This document shows, one piece after another, positions 1-15,318 of a stretch of 64,000 nucleotides of DNA. Location: the NCBI RefSeq assembly GCF_009914755.1, contig NC_060928.1. One strand, written 5' to 3'. Position numbers and translations under genes: made by a program. Origin of the DNA: the human T2T-CHM13v2.0 reference genome, Homo sapiens. Numbering within the stretch: the stretch's first letter is position 1; every line of letters begins with the position of its first letter. Under the pieces are notes generated by a model. It was given only the letters and a program-made list of their open reading frames with translations. It was not told the DNA's origin and searched no databases.

Positions 1-202
1 TCCCACCTACCCTGCCTTACTTTTTCTTTTCCTCATATCGATCATCTTCCGCAATACTATAAAATTTAAAATTGTTTTTATGTTGCATTTATTGCCATTG
101 ACTTTCTTTAGCTGCTAAATTACAAACTCCTAAGAGTGAATATGCATCTACTTTATTCACAGATTTTTTTCCAAGCATCAGTGACAGTGCTGGACTACAC
201 AG

Positions 203-490
203 TGGAGGAACCTCGAAAACATTTTGCTAAGTAAAAGAAGCTGGACAAAAAATGGTCACATGCTGTGTGATTCCATTTATATAAAATATCCAGCATAGGG
301 GAAATCTATAAAGATAGAAAATTGATGCTTGACAGGGGCTGGGGAAACGGAGATTGTGGAATAAATGCTTGATACGCATGGGATTTCTAGAGAGGTGGTG
401 ATTGTACAACATTGTGAATCTACAGAATGTCACTGAATGGTTCACTTTAAAATGGTTAATTTTATGTTATGTGAATTCCCCCTCCATTTT
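203..490 (+). mobile_element. L1MB-like 3' UTR fragment
   Basis: GAACCTCGAAAACATTTTGCTAAGTAAAAGAAG...CACTTTAAAATGGTTAATTTTATGTTATGTGAATT resembles the recalled L1MB 3' end. Confidence 0.8.
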
Positions 491-1088
491 TGAAAATTAC
501 AAGAAATAAATTTTTATGTAATGCCTTCACCTGTAGAGACACTTATTAGCAAAAGTTCACATGCTTTGGGAATAGAGTGGATGTAATCTGAAGCTAGGGA
601 TTGCTAGAGAGGCAGTGCATGTGACAATCACATGGCGTTGAATAACTGAAAGGACTCACGGGGCTCCAAGTTATGCCCTAAATGACACTTTACCTTCATC
701 ATTGCCCTCCGTTCACAAATGCATACATGATTTATAAGCATTGGGGCACATGATTTTATAAGGAGTTGTAAAAGCAGGAGATAGTCTAACCACTATGTAT
801 GGACACCTTTTTGAAAAGGGCATTTATTAGTTTAAAAGTTACATATTTTCCACGTCCCTGCTATTGAACAAAGTCCTCTGTTTTGGGAAGCAACACATCC
901 TACTTACTCCCTAAGAATGCACCCTGTGTAATAGATAAAACCTGCAAAATGGAAACCAAAAGAGAGGGTGACATTAGAATCATTGTAATTGTTCATCCGG
1001 TATCATCAAGATATATCAGAAACGTTGATTACTCTGAATTGAATATTTCTTAAATCTTCGCCATACCAATTTAGACCATTAACTTTAG

Positions 1089-1433
<345 letters not shown>

Positions 1434-2679
1434 TGACATCTCTTAATATAGTGACTACTATTATTTATTCTCTATGATGTTATGAAGATTACCACTTTTT
1501 ATCTTGTCTGTTGAGATTTTCTTTTCCTTCTCCATTCAATATACAACCTTGAACAGTTGCAATACAGCTGCCTTCAGTTTGAATTTCAGCCCTCTATTCC
1601 TTACTACCCTCTGTAAACCATGCCACTCTGTCATATTCTGGTAAACAGTTATAAAAAGTGGTGCCTTCAGATATTAATTAGATAAATAACCAGGAAGGCC
1701 TAATGTAGAGCTCAAAGGCTAAGAGCTTCTTCTTTAATTACGATAGTTGTCCTCAAAGGTGCCCTGACATAGATTGTTGTACATACCCTTTCTATTTTAG
1801 GATGCATTTCCCTTCCTTACAGAATGTTGTTCTGATATAACCCATGACATTATGGAGTTTTCAGGTGTTAAAATAATTTTATGTCTTTATGTAACATTAA
1901 CAATTTCAACTGAAGTTCAATAATAGGCTAGCAATTGTCTTTTAAAAAGTTATGCCTGGAGGTAAACCCAGATAATTTCTAATCCCAAATCCCCACAATA
2001 GCCAATGGTTGGCAATCATGGGCTTTTGCCAAAGGCTTCTGTTTGTGTGTGAGTTGCTGACACAATGTCATTTGAACATCACGGTAGCGTTGTCCCAAAG
2101 GAATCTATGGTGTGTTAGTTCTTTGAGGCTTCAAGAGAGCCTGCAGTTGTCCAGAACATCAAGAAAATTCAGTTTTTTTCCTCATATCTTTGTAAATCAG
2201 GGTTACTGAAATTTCCAGATGTGACAGACGATATCTTCACAAATCAAACAATACATTCAAACTTTATCCTCCTTGTTTTGATTTCAAGAAAATAACCTAT
2301 TTTTAATTGCTTGAGGAATAAGTAATTCTCTTCATTTTAACATTTATTTGGTACAGGTACTTCCTTTGGTCATATGATTAATTGGCACTAGAGATTCTGT
2401 TTTAGCTTAATATTCAGATTGAGATATGAGTATTATATAATAAAGATAGCAAATTATACTTCTAACCTGGATAAAACTTAAGTCTCATCTCACCAGGTTG
2501 CAGAAATAAGCAAAAAAATTTAAATATGCTTGAGAAAGCACAGTAAATAAATACTGGAGTCCATCACACATGAATTCAAATTGGCTTTGATTTTCTTGCA
2601 AGATAGAAATTAAGAAGAAAATGTTAGTCCAATTCATCACAGAATACCAATCTCCTTTATCTTGTTGCCCAGGTTTTGC

Positions 2680-3012
<333 letters not shown>

Positions 3013-3494
3013 CATTGCTGAATTGTTAATACTGTATTGAACCCAGCTGATACTTTTGTAGGTACAAATGTATTTAATCCTTTGTAGTCTAGAGTTAGAC
3101 TTGAGGATCTATAAGTTTTTCCTAGAGGTCTCCTTTCTGACAAACCACAAAAGAAGGGATTTGTGGCTATTATTATAATTGCATTTAACATGCTTTTAAA
3201 GTTAAGACAAAAATTCTTGATAGTCTGTCTCTGGGTATTTTGTATTGTTTTAAAAATTACCATGTGAGTGCTTATAAATAGACCTAAAGGTTCCACCTAA
3301 AATACCCAGTTAAAACAAGACAAAGATAATATTTTCACCTGTAAACCCATATCCATCACACTTCATACAGACATCACATTTATCTCAGTAATATATTTGT
3401 GTATGGGTATGTGTAAGAGTCCATTCTTATATTGCTATAGAGAAATAACTGAGGCTGGGTAATTTATAAAGAAAGAGGTTTAATTGGCTCATGA

Positions 3495-3950
<456 letters not shown>

Positions 3951-3991
3951 CGCTACACACTTTTAAATGACCAAAGCTCATGAGAACTATC

Positions 3992-5727
3992 TTTTTTATT
4001 TTTTTGTTTTTTTTTTGTTTGTTTGTTAGTTTCAAAGAGTGGAGAGTTTAATAAGCAAGAAAGAATAAAGAAGCTCCCCCATACAGAGACAGAGGGAGGG
4101 GGTCTCCAAAGCTGAGAGAGGAAATCCTGAGTGCAAGGAAATCAGCCAGTTATATGAGGAGGCTGGAGGAGGCGGTGTCTGATTTGCACAGGGCTCAGGG
4201 GATTGGTTTGACCAGGCATGTTACTCATGTAGCTTGTGAAAAAAAATGGCCCTCCCACCCTAGCCTTTTAATATGCAAATACAGGGCACCATGATGTTCT
4301 ACACACGTGGGGATATGTACAAGCAGCCATGTTTCCAGGCACATGTTGGGGCAAGGAAGAAGACGGAGGAATCGCCATGTTTGGGTGGACCCAGTTTCTC
4401 ATGGCCTGCATTTGCATATCAAAACTTGCCACCTGGCTCTAAAAACTGGGGCTTTCCTGCTAGACAAGAAATGTTTCTGGAGCTGCTTTAAAAGAAACAA
4501 AAACTTCCCAAGGACCCCTTTTCCTCTCTATCTACCTAAAATAATTTGTAGTAACTCCTATAATATTCCTCCTGTGGAGATGTCACCTTAACTGCTGTTA
4601 GGGGGTTTTGGACAACAACTCTTTCTGGCTACTTCCTGCTGAAAAGGGGCGTTGAATGGGGAACAGCAGCTAGGGCTCCCTCTGGGCTGGATCTAAGAGT
4701 CCTCAGAAGAATGGTGTGTCCATGGGTGATTCAGTTTGCAGCACGGCTTGGAGTTTGATTGCTTCTAGGTGAGAGGAAACAATTTGAGTTATAGTACTGA
4801 GTATACAGTGTCCAAATACTAACACAAGACATAAGCTCTCTGTCCAATATTTCACTTAGGAGGTGCTACCATGTATAATAACCCTGTTGCAAATAGTAGA
4901 GTGAGTATAGCAATTCCCACAAGTGTGGTGTAGTAGATAATTTCCATCTAAAATTTTACTTGCCAAGATATAGAACTTCGCTTTGGGGTGTCTATGAAGT
5001 TTCTTGGTTTCATTTTCCCAAACAAATAAACCTCCAGGTTATGGGCACCCTACTCATTTTCATTACCTGGCAGAATTTGCAGGATAAGTGCCCAGAACTA
5101 ACATATTGATCCAGATTTTTACATTACCCATCCCTTTTTGATTCTTCCAAGCTGCAGGAGCTCACCACTTGCTTCACAGGAATAGGCGGGGTTCATCTAA
5201 AACGTAGGCAAAAAGCTTAAAAACAGTTAATGAGACTAGGATTTAATGACAAAAGTATGATAAGCTTTGGAGCACAATTCCTTTCTCCAGTCCTTATTTT
5301 TTTGGTAAGAATAAATTATGATAGGACCGTGTGTATTATTTATAGAATAAACTTTATTGTTATACTTGGCCTGATTATTTGCATAAAATGCAGCAAGAAT
5401 GGTTATTTCTACATAGGCCTTTTCAATTGGCTTGGATGGAACTCTGTTCCACAAGGAATTTCAGATAAGACCTTTAAAGCTGAGCCCAGGGCTGGGCACG
5501 GTGGCTCACGCCTGTAATCCTAGCACTTTGGGAAAAAAAAAAAAAAAAAAATAGTCGTGCCCGGCCATGTGTTTGTATCCTCAAATACTTGTGAGTTGGG
5601 AGATTCTTTGCTTGTAAGGTCCCAGGATAAACTTGGAGCTCCCAGACCTGTTAGAAAGTGACATTCCTTACTGACCACAGGTTAGGAACTCTGTGCAGGG
5701 ATGGCGTAGACAAGGTATGAGGCCAGA
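3992..5727 (-). mobile_element. ERV1 (LTR25/LTR9/MER61, HUERS-P3-related) 3' internal region + U3-R + poly(A): processed retrocopy
   Basis: Minus strand: internal sequence, purine tract, LTR start near 4565, CCAAT (4201-4206), TATA-like (~4150), ATTAAA (4047-4052), then A-rich tail 3992-4028. Confidence 0.75.
5490..5551 (+). mobile_element. Collapsed Alu (first ~43 nt fused to poly-A)
   Basis: GGCTGGGCACGGTGGCTCACGCCTGTAATCCTAGCACTTTGGG directly followed by 19 A. Confidence 0.9.
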
Positions 5728-6044
5728 TAACTCACTCTCTTGAGTACAGTACCAAGTGGGATGGCGCTAAACCATTCATGAGAATTCCTCCGCCCCCATG
5801 ATCCAATCGTCTCCCACCAGACCCCACCTCCAACACTGGAGATTACATTTCATTATGAGATTTGAGCAAGGACACACATCCAAACTATATCAGTATATAA
5901 AAACCATTATAACTTTTATTTATTAGCTCCTATTTTGAAGCATAGTTTTACTGTTTATTTTGCTGTTTATTCCTTCTACAGTTATATTATCATCTGATCC
6001 ACTTAACAATTATATTGCCTTTACCTTTCAATAAACAGGTTTGT

Positions 6045-6800
6045 GTGTGGTATTACATTGTACACCAGTGTCCAGTAATACCCATAAAATTCCTCCACTA
6101 TGTCAAAGGCATTTTACTTATAGAACAAACAATTTCCGATCCCTTTCTTGGGGTTGTGCCAAGAGAATGTGTACAATCCTATAATCAGAATCAGAATCCA
6201 CTTTTAACCTCATATTGTATTAATTGGCACTGGTTATAGAGGATCTATAGATAGCTCTCTTGCATCATCCTCCTAAGATTTTTTTTTTTTTTTTGGTAAA
6301 TTCATTAGGGCTGGGATAAATTGAATAAATTTGTCACAATCCTTTACTATCTGAGGAGTTGGTAGAACAATCACACCACCTAATCTCTTATATTAAAACA
6401 CTACCATTTTAATGGTAACCACTTTCTTTTTTGCCATTTTTAATTAATCATCTGAATACTTACACATAGCTTAATTTATTCAAACGTTTTCCCCATTGGT
6501 TTAATTCTTACGTTTTGTGTATAGAACATCTCCACATCAGCCTGTCTTGTGAATAACAGGGGCTTATAAGGAGCGTGAGAAGTTGGGGGGAGACCCTCCT
6601 TTTGTAGCAGTTATCACTTGGGCCAAAAGCATAACATTTGGAGATAATTTATTATTTTTTATAACCAATCTAAAGTTGTGAATATTCTCAAGATTCTACT
6701 CTATTTAACGTCTATGGATGGAATTAGATAAATTCCTTTATCCAGTTACGTTCTATGCACTTCTACTTTCCAATAGCTGTGCAGATTTGGAGTTTTGATG
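6045..6800 (-). mobile_element. Degenerate ERVL-class internal gag-protease relic
   Basis: Minus-strand translations LLDTGVQC (6055-6078) and VFR*LIKNG (6433-6459), in gag-then-pro order. Confidence 0.55.
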
Positions 6801-7129
6801 TTCATACCCATTTCTGTAAGGGTTGAAGATAATTAAGAAACTGAATAAGACCCACCATGCTCAGCAGTCTTTGATTGCTAGGGAAATAGATCTCTCTGTC
6901 ACGAATGCATAAATACATTTGCATAAATGCATAAAGTACATTTCAGTAGTGACTCACCAGGAAACTGTTGATGTCAGCCCACAAAGTGACTTAACTCTTT
7001 GACTGATTAATCCTGTGTTCAGATTGTCTCTTTTTTCCCTTCCCCTATGAACTGCATAGTCTCTAGTGTGATCATGAGTCAGATGAGGTTGTTTTCTGAT
7101 CAAAGAAAATATCTTCTTAACTATCAAAA

Positions 7130-7358
7130 ACCATCTGACTAAACTTGGAAAAGGATTTTGTAGCCCAAATTGAACCTTGAGATGACTGTATTCCAGGCTG
7201 ACAGCTAAACTGAAATATTTTGAGAGATTCTGACACCGAACCATCTGGCTGAGTTGCTCCCAGTTTCATGACCCTCAGAAACCATACAATACTAAATGTT
7301 TATTATTCAAGCTGCTAAGTTTTAAGTGATTTGTTATGATAGAAGAGATAACTAATGT
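7130..7358 (+). mobile_element. MLT1 (MaLR) LTR 3' part
   Basis: GACCCTCAGAAACC...TTCAAGCTGCTAAGTTTT...TTTGTTATG...AGATAACTAAT typical MLT1 end. Confidence 0.75.
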
Positions 7359-7399
7359 AGTACCAAGTGCTTGGTTCACTTCCAATCTCTCTGAAATTT

Positions 7400-8970
7400 T
7401 AAAAATTCATTTGGAAATAAAAATGAAATTATAACTACTCATAATTTGTGGGTTGCAGTGGAAGCCGTGCTTGAGGGAAATATATGGCATTGAATGTGTA
7501 TATTAGATAAGAAGAGAGATCTAAAATCAATACCATAAATTTCCAACTTAGGACACTAGTATAAGAAGAACAAATTAAGTCTCAATAAACAGAAGGAAAG
7601 AAATAATAAAAATTAGAACAGAAATCAATGTAATTAAAAACAAGGCACAAAGATAATCAATAAAATCCCAAACTGGATCTTTGAGAAGATCAATAACATT
7701 AAAAAATATCTAGTAAGTCTAACCAAGAAAATTTTTAAAAACACAAATTATTAATATTAGAAATGAAAGAGGGGCTGTTACAACTCATCCTGAGACATTA
7801 AAAACTATTTAATAAAGAAGTATTATGAACAACTCTATGCCCATATAGTGGATAAAATTAGCACACAAAAAAGAAATATTTTGGTATAAATCTAACAAAG
7901 TATGTTAAACATCTACACTAGGAAAACTATAAAACTTTGATAAAAAATTTTTCAAAAGACCTAAATACGTGAAGTGGTATTCCATGTTCATTAAGAGGGA
8001 GACTTGATCTGTAAACTCAGTGCAATACCAACAAAATCATACGTTTTCTTGTGGATATCAACCAACTGATTCTGAAGTTAAAATAGAAAAGCAAAAGACC
8101 TCAAATAGCCAACACAATACTGAAAGGGAAAACAAAGTTGGAGGGCTGACTTTACCTGAATTCCAGCCTTATTATAAAGCTATAGTAATTAAAACAGTAT
8201 GGTATTGGTAAAATAAATAGAGAAAAGACTCAAAGAACCAGGAGCTCAGAAAACAGACTCAGTAATAGAATCAAATAATTTTTGACAAAGGTGATACATT
8301 TTTGATATATCTAATAAATGATTTCTATAAAAAATATACAAAGAACTCTTAAAACATGATAATCAGAAAATAAACAACACAACTAAAAATGGGTAAAAGT
8401 TCTGACGAGAAACTTTACTTAAAATTTTATACTTGGAAAATAAGCATATGCATAGGTATTCAACATTATATGTCATTAGAGAATTGCAAGTCAAAACAAA
8501 CACAATGTGAAACTAAAACACATCTATTAGAATGGCTTAAATCCAAAACGCTGACAAATACCAAATGCTGGCGAACATGCGGAGCAATTCTCATTCATTG
8601 CTGGTGTGAATGCAAAATGTATTTACCAAATAATAGAAATACAAGTCAATTGAACAGATTAGAGAACCCAGAAACAAACTCACAAATTGAGTCAACTAAG
8701 TTTTGACAAAGATGTGAGCGTCATTCAATGAAGAAAGTTTATTATTTTCAAGAATAGTGCCAGGAAAATTAGATATTCATAAGCAAAAAGAAAGAGTAAA
8801 ATTTGATTTATACCTCACAAGATATACAGAATTTAACTCAAAATAGACAAAACACCTGCATAGATAATCCAAAATTCTGAAAGTTCTACAAATAAATATT
8901 CTGAGATATTGAGTTAGGCAAAGAATAGCTTAGCTATAATACCAAGAGGATGATCCACAGTAGAAAAATA
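7400..8970 (+). mobile_element. Old L1M ORF2 fragments (internally deleted, partly out of order)
   Basis: ORF 8020-8211 [26 protein letters not shown] and other ORF2-like peptides. Confidence 0.85.
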
Positions 8971-9099
8971 TTGAGAGAAGAGCATAAGTAACACAGGTGT
9001 CAAAACCAACAAGCAGAGAATTTTAAATAGGGGTCATTAAGATGTTAACATCACCAATGGAAAAGGTACAAAACATGCATGTTTATTTTGAGTAATCTA

Positions 9100-10590
<1,491 letters not shown>

Positions 10591-11221
10591 ATACCCTCCC
10601 CCCACCCCACCCCCAAAAAAGAAGCAAGCCTCAGCTTCAATTCAGGAAATATTAAGAACTAGCAAAAGACAAACCTCAGAAAAAATGTGAAACTAACATA
10701 GAACTTGAGAAATGCCTTTGGAAGTCCAAGTTTCTTTTGAACTTAAAAGACTTCATAGAAGCAACAGAGGATGGAAGTTAGCTGTGTCTGATCTTGCTTT
10801 TCCCATAGTTGCCTTGAGAAAATCGCCTCCCCCAAGCATCACAGAAATGAGAAAGTGGCACTTTGTGAGATATAATAGATTTTTGTCTTTTTATGGCTAC
10901 CCAGAATCTTTTTAATGCCTTTCCTATAATTTGAAATTTCTACCTGTTCTGAATTCTGCCTACCTAAAATAGGGAAGCCAGGATGCAATGCCTCAATTTC
11001 ATTTGCAGCTCTAATGTTTTAATAATCTAGGCTTCTTTAGTTAGATATGTATTTAGGATAATTTGTTTTAGAATAGATAAAATGAAAGAGGCAACAAGAA
11101 GCAGACCTGTCTTGTTTTAGGTGTTTGCCTGTGTGAGAGAAATCAAATCCACATTTTCAGGGTTCCCAGAGATAGATTCCTTTGCCCACTATAATCAGTA
11201 GAATATAAGTATGTAAGTTTA

Positions 11222-11630
11222 ACAGGCAGCATTACAAGATGGCCCAAAAAACCTGCCCTCCACTGTGTACCACTCATGTAATTTCCCTCTCTGTGTGTGG
11301 GCAGAGCCTGTGACTATGATAGGGCATCACTCCTGTGATGAGTTGATTTGAATGAACCAAAAGAGCATCCTGGCCCAATTAGGTGAGCCCTTAAAAGGGA
11401 AGTTGAAGAGATTCAATGTGTGAGAATGTGTTTGGAAGAACATACATGGCAAGAAACTGTGGGTGGCTTCTGGGAGCCTAAAGTGACACCTAGACTTCAG
11501 CCAGGAAGAAAACAGAGGCCTCAGTGCCACAATCATAAGGAACTAAACTCTATCAAAAGCACACGTATTTGAAAGAGTGCCCCTAGCTCCAGAAAGAATC
11601 ATAGCCAAGTCAATACTGTGATTTCAATCT
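11222..11630 (+). mobile_element. MLT1 (E/F-like) LTR
   Basis: AAGATGGCCC...GTGTGGGCAGAGCCTGTGACT...AGGCCTCAGTGCCACAATCATAAGGAACT. Confidence 0.75.
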
Positions 11631-11799
11631 GAAAAGAGTACCCAATAATCTGTTCTCTCTCTTGTTTTTCTCCCTTGTAGACCTTCAGGCTTGGACACCT
11701 ATAGAAGTTCATGTAAGGCTAGGAAGTTTACACACCCTGGTTTCTCTGTGGGGCAGACCGTGGTAGACATAACAGTGGAATCAGAAAGAGCAATAAAGA

Positions 11800-12210
11800 A
11801 GCTATATCTCAAGTCTAGGAAAAGTAGGTCATTTGAATGAGGTTGGCAGTAGTGAAGTAGGTGAGGCATCACCCGATTTCAAATTTATTTTGAGGATAGA
11901 ACTGACAGAGCTTGCTCATGGATAATAGAGAGGAATTAGGAAAGACACTTAGCTTTTTGGCTTGTGTAATTAACTGAATAGTGGCCCTCATCTGCAGTTG
12001 TGAGGAGATTTGGGAAGGAGTAGATCTGTAGAAGAAACCAATAATTCTGTTTGTGTCGTGTTAAGTTAAAGATGTCTATTAGGCATTCACTTAAAGATGT
12101 CAAGTAGGTAAATGGAGTTAAAATCTATTTAGAAGAGAAGTCAGACTGGATAAATAGAATCAGGTGCCAGTATAGAAATGGTATTTAAACCCAGTGGACT
12201 GGGAAAAATG
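11800..12210 (-). mobile_element. L2 fragment
   Basis: TTTTGAGGATAGAACTGACAGAGCTTGCTCATGGAT...GATGTCAAGTAGG. Confidence 0.7.
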
Positions 12211-12347
12211 TCTTTTTTTTTTTTTGTATGTAACAAAAGGACTTTGCAGGCAATGCCTACTGGAAATGTATAACTGTGTGTCAAAACACCAAGCTGAACC
12301 TGAATATGTAAATACTGTTTAAACTTTTAAAAGAATATATACATTGT

Positions 12348-12590
12348 AGCCAGGTGCAGTGGCTCACACCTGTAATCTCAGCACTTTGGGAGGCCGAGGA
12401 GGGTGGATCACCTGAGGTCAGGAGTTCGAGACCAGCCTGACCAGCATAGTGAAACCCCATCTCTACTAAAAAAATACAAAAAATAGCTGTGCTTAGTGGT
12501 GGGAACCCGGGAGGCAGAGGTTGCCGTGAGCCGAGATCGCACCATTGCACTCCAACCTGGGCGACAGAGCAAGACTCCTTCTCAAAAAAA
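12348..12590 (+). mobile_element. AluS with ~50-nt right-arm deletion
   Basis: Alu dimer jumps from GTGGTGG to GAACCCGGG; TSD AAAAGAATATATAC(A/T)TTGTA. Confidence 0.93.
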
Positions 12591-12749
12591 GAATATATAC
12601 TTTGTATATCAGCATTATCATTACCATAATATTAACTGATGATCTTGGCTACTTTCAATGTAGGAGTTTGCATGACTAAACTCTAGTAACAATAATAATA
12701 AAAATAAAAATAATGATGCCAGAGAGTTAACTAGGCACAAAGCAAAAGG

Positions 12750-13530
12750 AGACACCAATAGGTCTAGTAAACATAGGAAAAAATATTTCATTTCATTAGC
12801 CATCAAGCAAATAAGACATAAAAGCACAATGTTACACAACTTCACACTAACCACTATGTAAATGATAGATGTTACCAAGCGTTGTATAGATTGGGGAGTA
12901 ATAACGTCTTTTGTACAAGGCTGGTAGTTCTGTTCGCTGGTAGTTCTGTTCACTGGTAGAATCATTTTGAAAAGCAGTTTTGCAGTTTCTCATAAAGCAA
13001 ACATATGTCTACTATGTGACTCAAAAATTCCTCTTCTGGGTATACACTCGAAAGAAATGTGTGTATATTTTTACTAAAGTCATGTAAAAAATGCTCATAG
13101 CAGGGCTATTTACTGTGGCCCTAAAGTGGAAATTACGCAAATGCCTTTCAGCTGAAAGGGTAAGTAAATTGTGGCATATTCACAATATGGTCTACAATGC
13201 AGTGATAATAATCAACTGTAATTATACATAATAATATTAACACAGTTGAATCTCTTATACATAATGCTGAGCAAAGAAAGCCAGACAAAAGAGTTAAAGT
13301 ACTGTATGATTTCATTCATATCAAAAAGTTCAAAAATGAGCAAAGAAGTGAGAAGAAATAAATAAGAAGTTAGAATAGAAGTCATTCTTGGAAGGTGTAG
13401 TACCTAGAAATAGGTAGAAATTCGTTTCTGGGAAGTTTGTAGTGTTCAATTGTGAATGTATACTGAGACCTGTACATGTTTTATTTGTGTACTTCTCTTT
13501 TTTCACACTTATTTATGTATTATATTCTTC
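12750..13530 (+). mobile_element. L1ME/MD 3' region
   Basis: CATAATGCTGAGCAAAGAAAGCCAGACAAAAGAG...ACTGTATGATTTCATT. Confidence 0.75.
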
Positions 13531-13767
13531 AAAACAAAATCAAATAATTTACATTTATTTTGTGCTTTTTATGTGCCAAGTTACGGCTTCTCAATCTAGG
13601 TACAATTTCTGCATTTATAACACAGTTCTGCAAGGAGAACATTGATATTTTAGTGAATGAATCATGATTTTTTAAAGAAAAACATGTCTACTAATTTTAT
13701 AAAAATATAACTGAAAAGGTTAACATTAACATTTATTGTTGTATATAATTATTTAAAAGCACATGAA

Positions 13768-14100
13768 GGTCAGACATGGTGGTTCACTCTTGTAATCCCA
13801 GCACTTTGGGAGGCTGAGCCAGGTAGATCATTTGAGGCCAGAAGTTTGAGACCAGCCTGGCCAACATGGCAAAACTCTGTCTCTACTAAAAATACAAAAA
13901 TTAGCCAGGCCTGTAGTGTTGCATGCCTGTAGTCCCAGCTAATCAGGAGGCTGAGACAAGAGAATCGTTTTAATCTGGGAGGCAGAAGCAGTGAGCTGAG
14001 ATTGCACCACTGCACTCCAGCCTAGGTGACAGAGTGAGACTCTGTCTCAAAACAAAAAAACAAACAAAACAAACCACAACAAAAACAACAACAAAAAACA
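13768..14100 (+). mobile_element. Alu (J/old S)
   Basis: Full dimer, CAAAA-type tail, TSD AAG(C/T)ACATGAA. Confidence 0.95.
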
Positions 14101-14458
14101 AGTACATGAAAGCAATAAAAAACTTCAATATAACTAAATGCTTTTGTTATTAATATGAACCTATTTCCTACCATTGTTTAACTAAAGATTTTAGCCTCAT
14201 TTTAAAAGAACATACATTTTTAGACTTTGTAACTTGATTTCAAACACTTACTATAAGTATTCCTGGTTCCAAAACCTCTAGAATCTAGTAAAAACTGTAT
14301 TAAGAGCTTTTATTGGAAGATTCGTGTCATCTTTATTTATGTGCTTAGAAAAATTTGAAAATATAAACTAATCAGAAAAGAGGTACTTATTTGCACATGA
14401 GAGTAAGTTTTAAACACTACTTCTATGCCTATATATTGGGGGAGGGGAGAAAGATAAT

Positions 14459-15042
14459 TGTTAGTAGTCAGTGTTCTCCAGAGAAACAGAGCCAATAGAA
14501 TACATGTATATGATGGGATACATTGTAGGAATTAGCTTATATAATTAGATTGAGAAGTCTCACGATATTTGGCCTGCAAACTGGAGAACCAGGAAAGCCG
14601 ATTGTGTGATTCAGTTAGAGTCCAAAGGTCTGAGAGTCAGGGGGCCAGTGATGCAACTTTCAGTCCCAAGCTAAAGGCCTGAGTAGGAGGATGGTGGGGC
14701 GGGCAGCGGCGAGGAAGGTGTTCTTCTTGGTCCCCAGAGCCCAAAGACCCAATATATGGGAGCACTGGCAGTGATATTCAAGACTAGGAGAAGATGGATC
14801 TCCCAGCTCAAGAAGAGGGAGTGAATTCACCCTTTCTCTAATATTTTGTTCTATTGGGCCCCTAATGAATTGGGTGATACCCACCCATATCCATGAGAAT
14901 GAATCGTCTCTACTCAGTCTCCTGATTCAAATACTAACCTCTTCCAGACATACTCTCAAGAACACATGCAAAAATAATGTTTTACCAAGTATTTGGGAAT
15001 CCCTCAACCTAGTTAAACAGACACATAAAATTAATCCTCACA
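14459..15042 (-). mobile_element. MLT2 (ERVL) solo LTR
   Basis: Both termini present (GTTCTCCAGAGAAACAGA; GACACATAAAATTAATCCTCACA); perfect 5-bp TSD ATAAT. Confidence 0.9.
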
Positions 15043-15318
15043 ATAATTAAAGAATATTCTTGAACATTAATAGTAAAGATTTGTTATTTTCTTGTTATCT
15101 ACTTCCCTCTACTATCAACCCACCCCATTTACAGGAGAATTTTCTAATCTTTTGTCTGTCTTCTCTGTGGTGTATAGTAAAAGTTCACTCATAATTGAAA
15201 ATACAGTCTATGCAAGAGATCTTTCTGTGAAAATAAAGATATGCATGAAGGCCTTACTAGAGATTAATTGGCCATGTAATTATTTCCACTCAATTGAAAT
15301 GCCTATAAATTTGAATTA

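Noticed and set aside
10860-11200. Possible old ERVL LTR (LTR33/LTR16-like)
   Set aside because: Only a vague resemblance, too weak to annotate.
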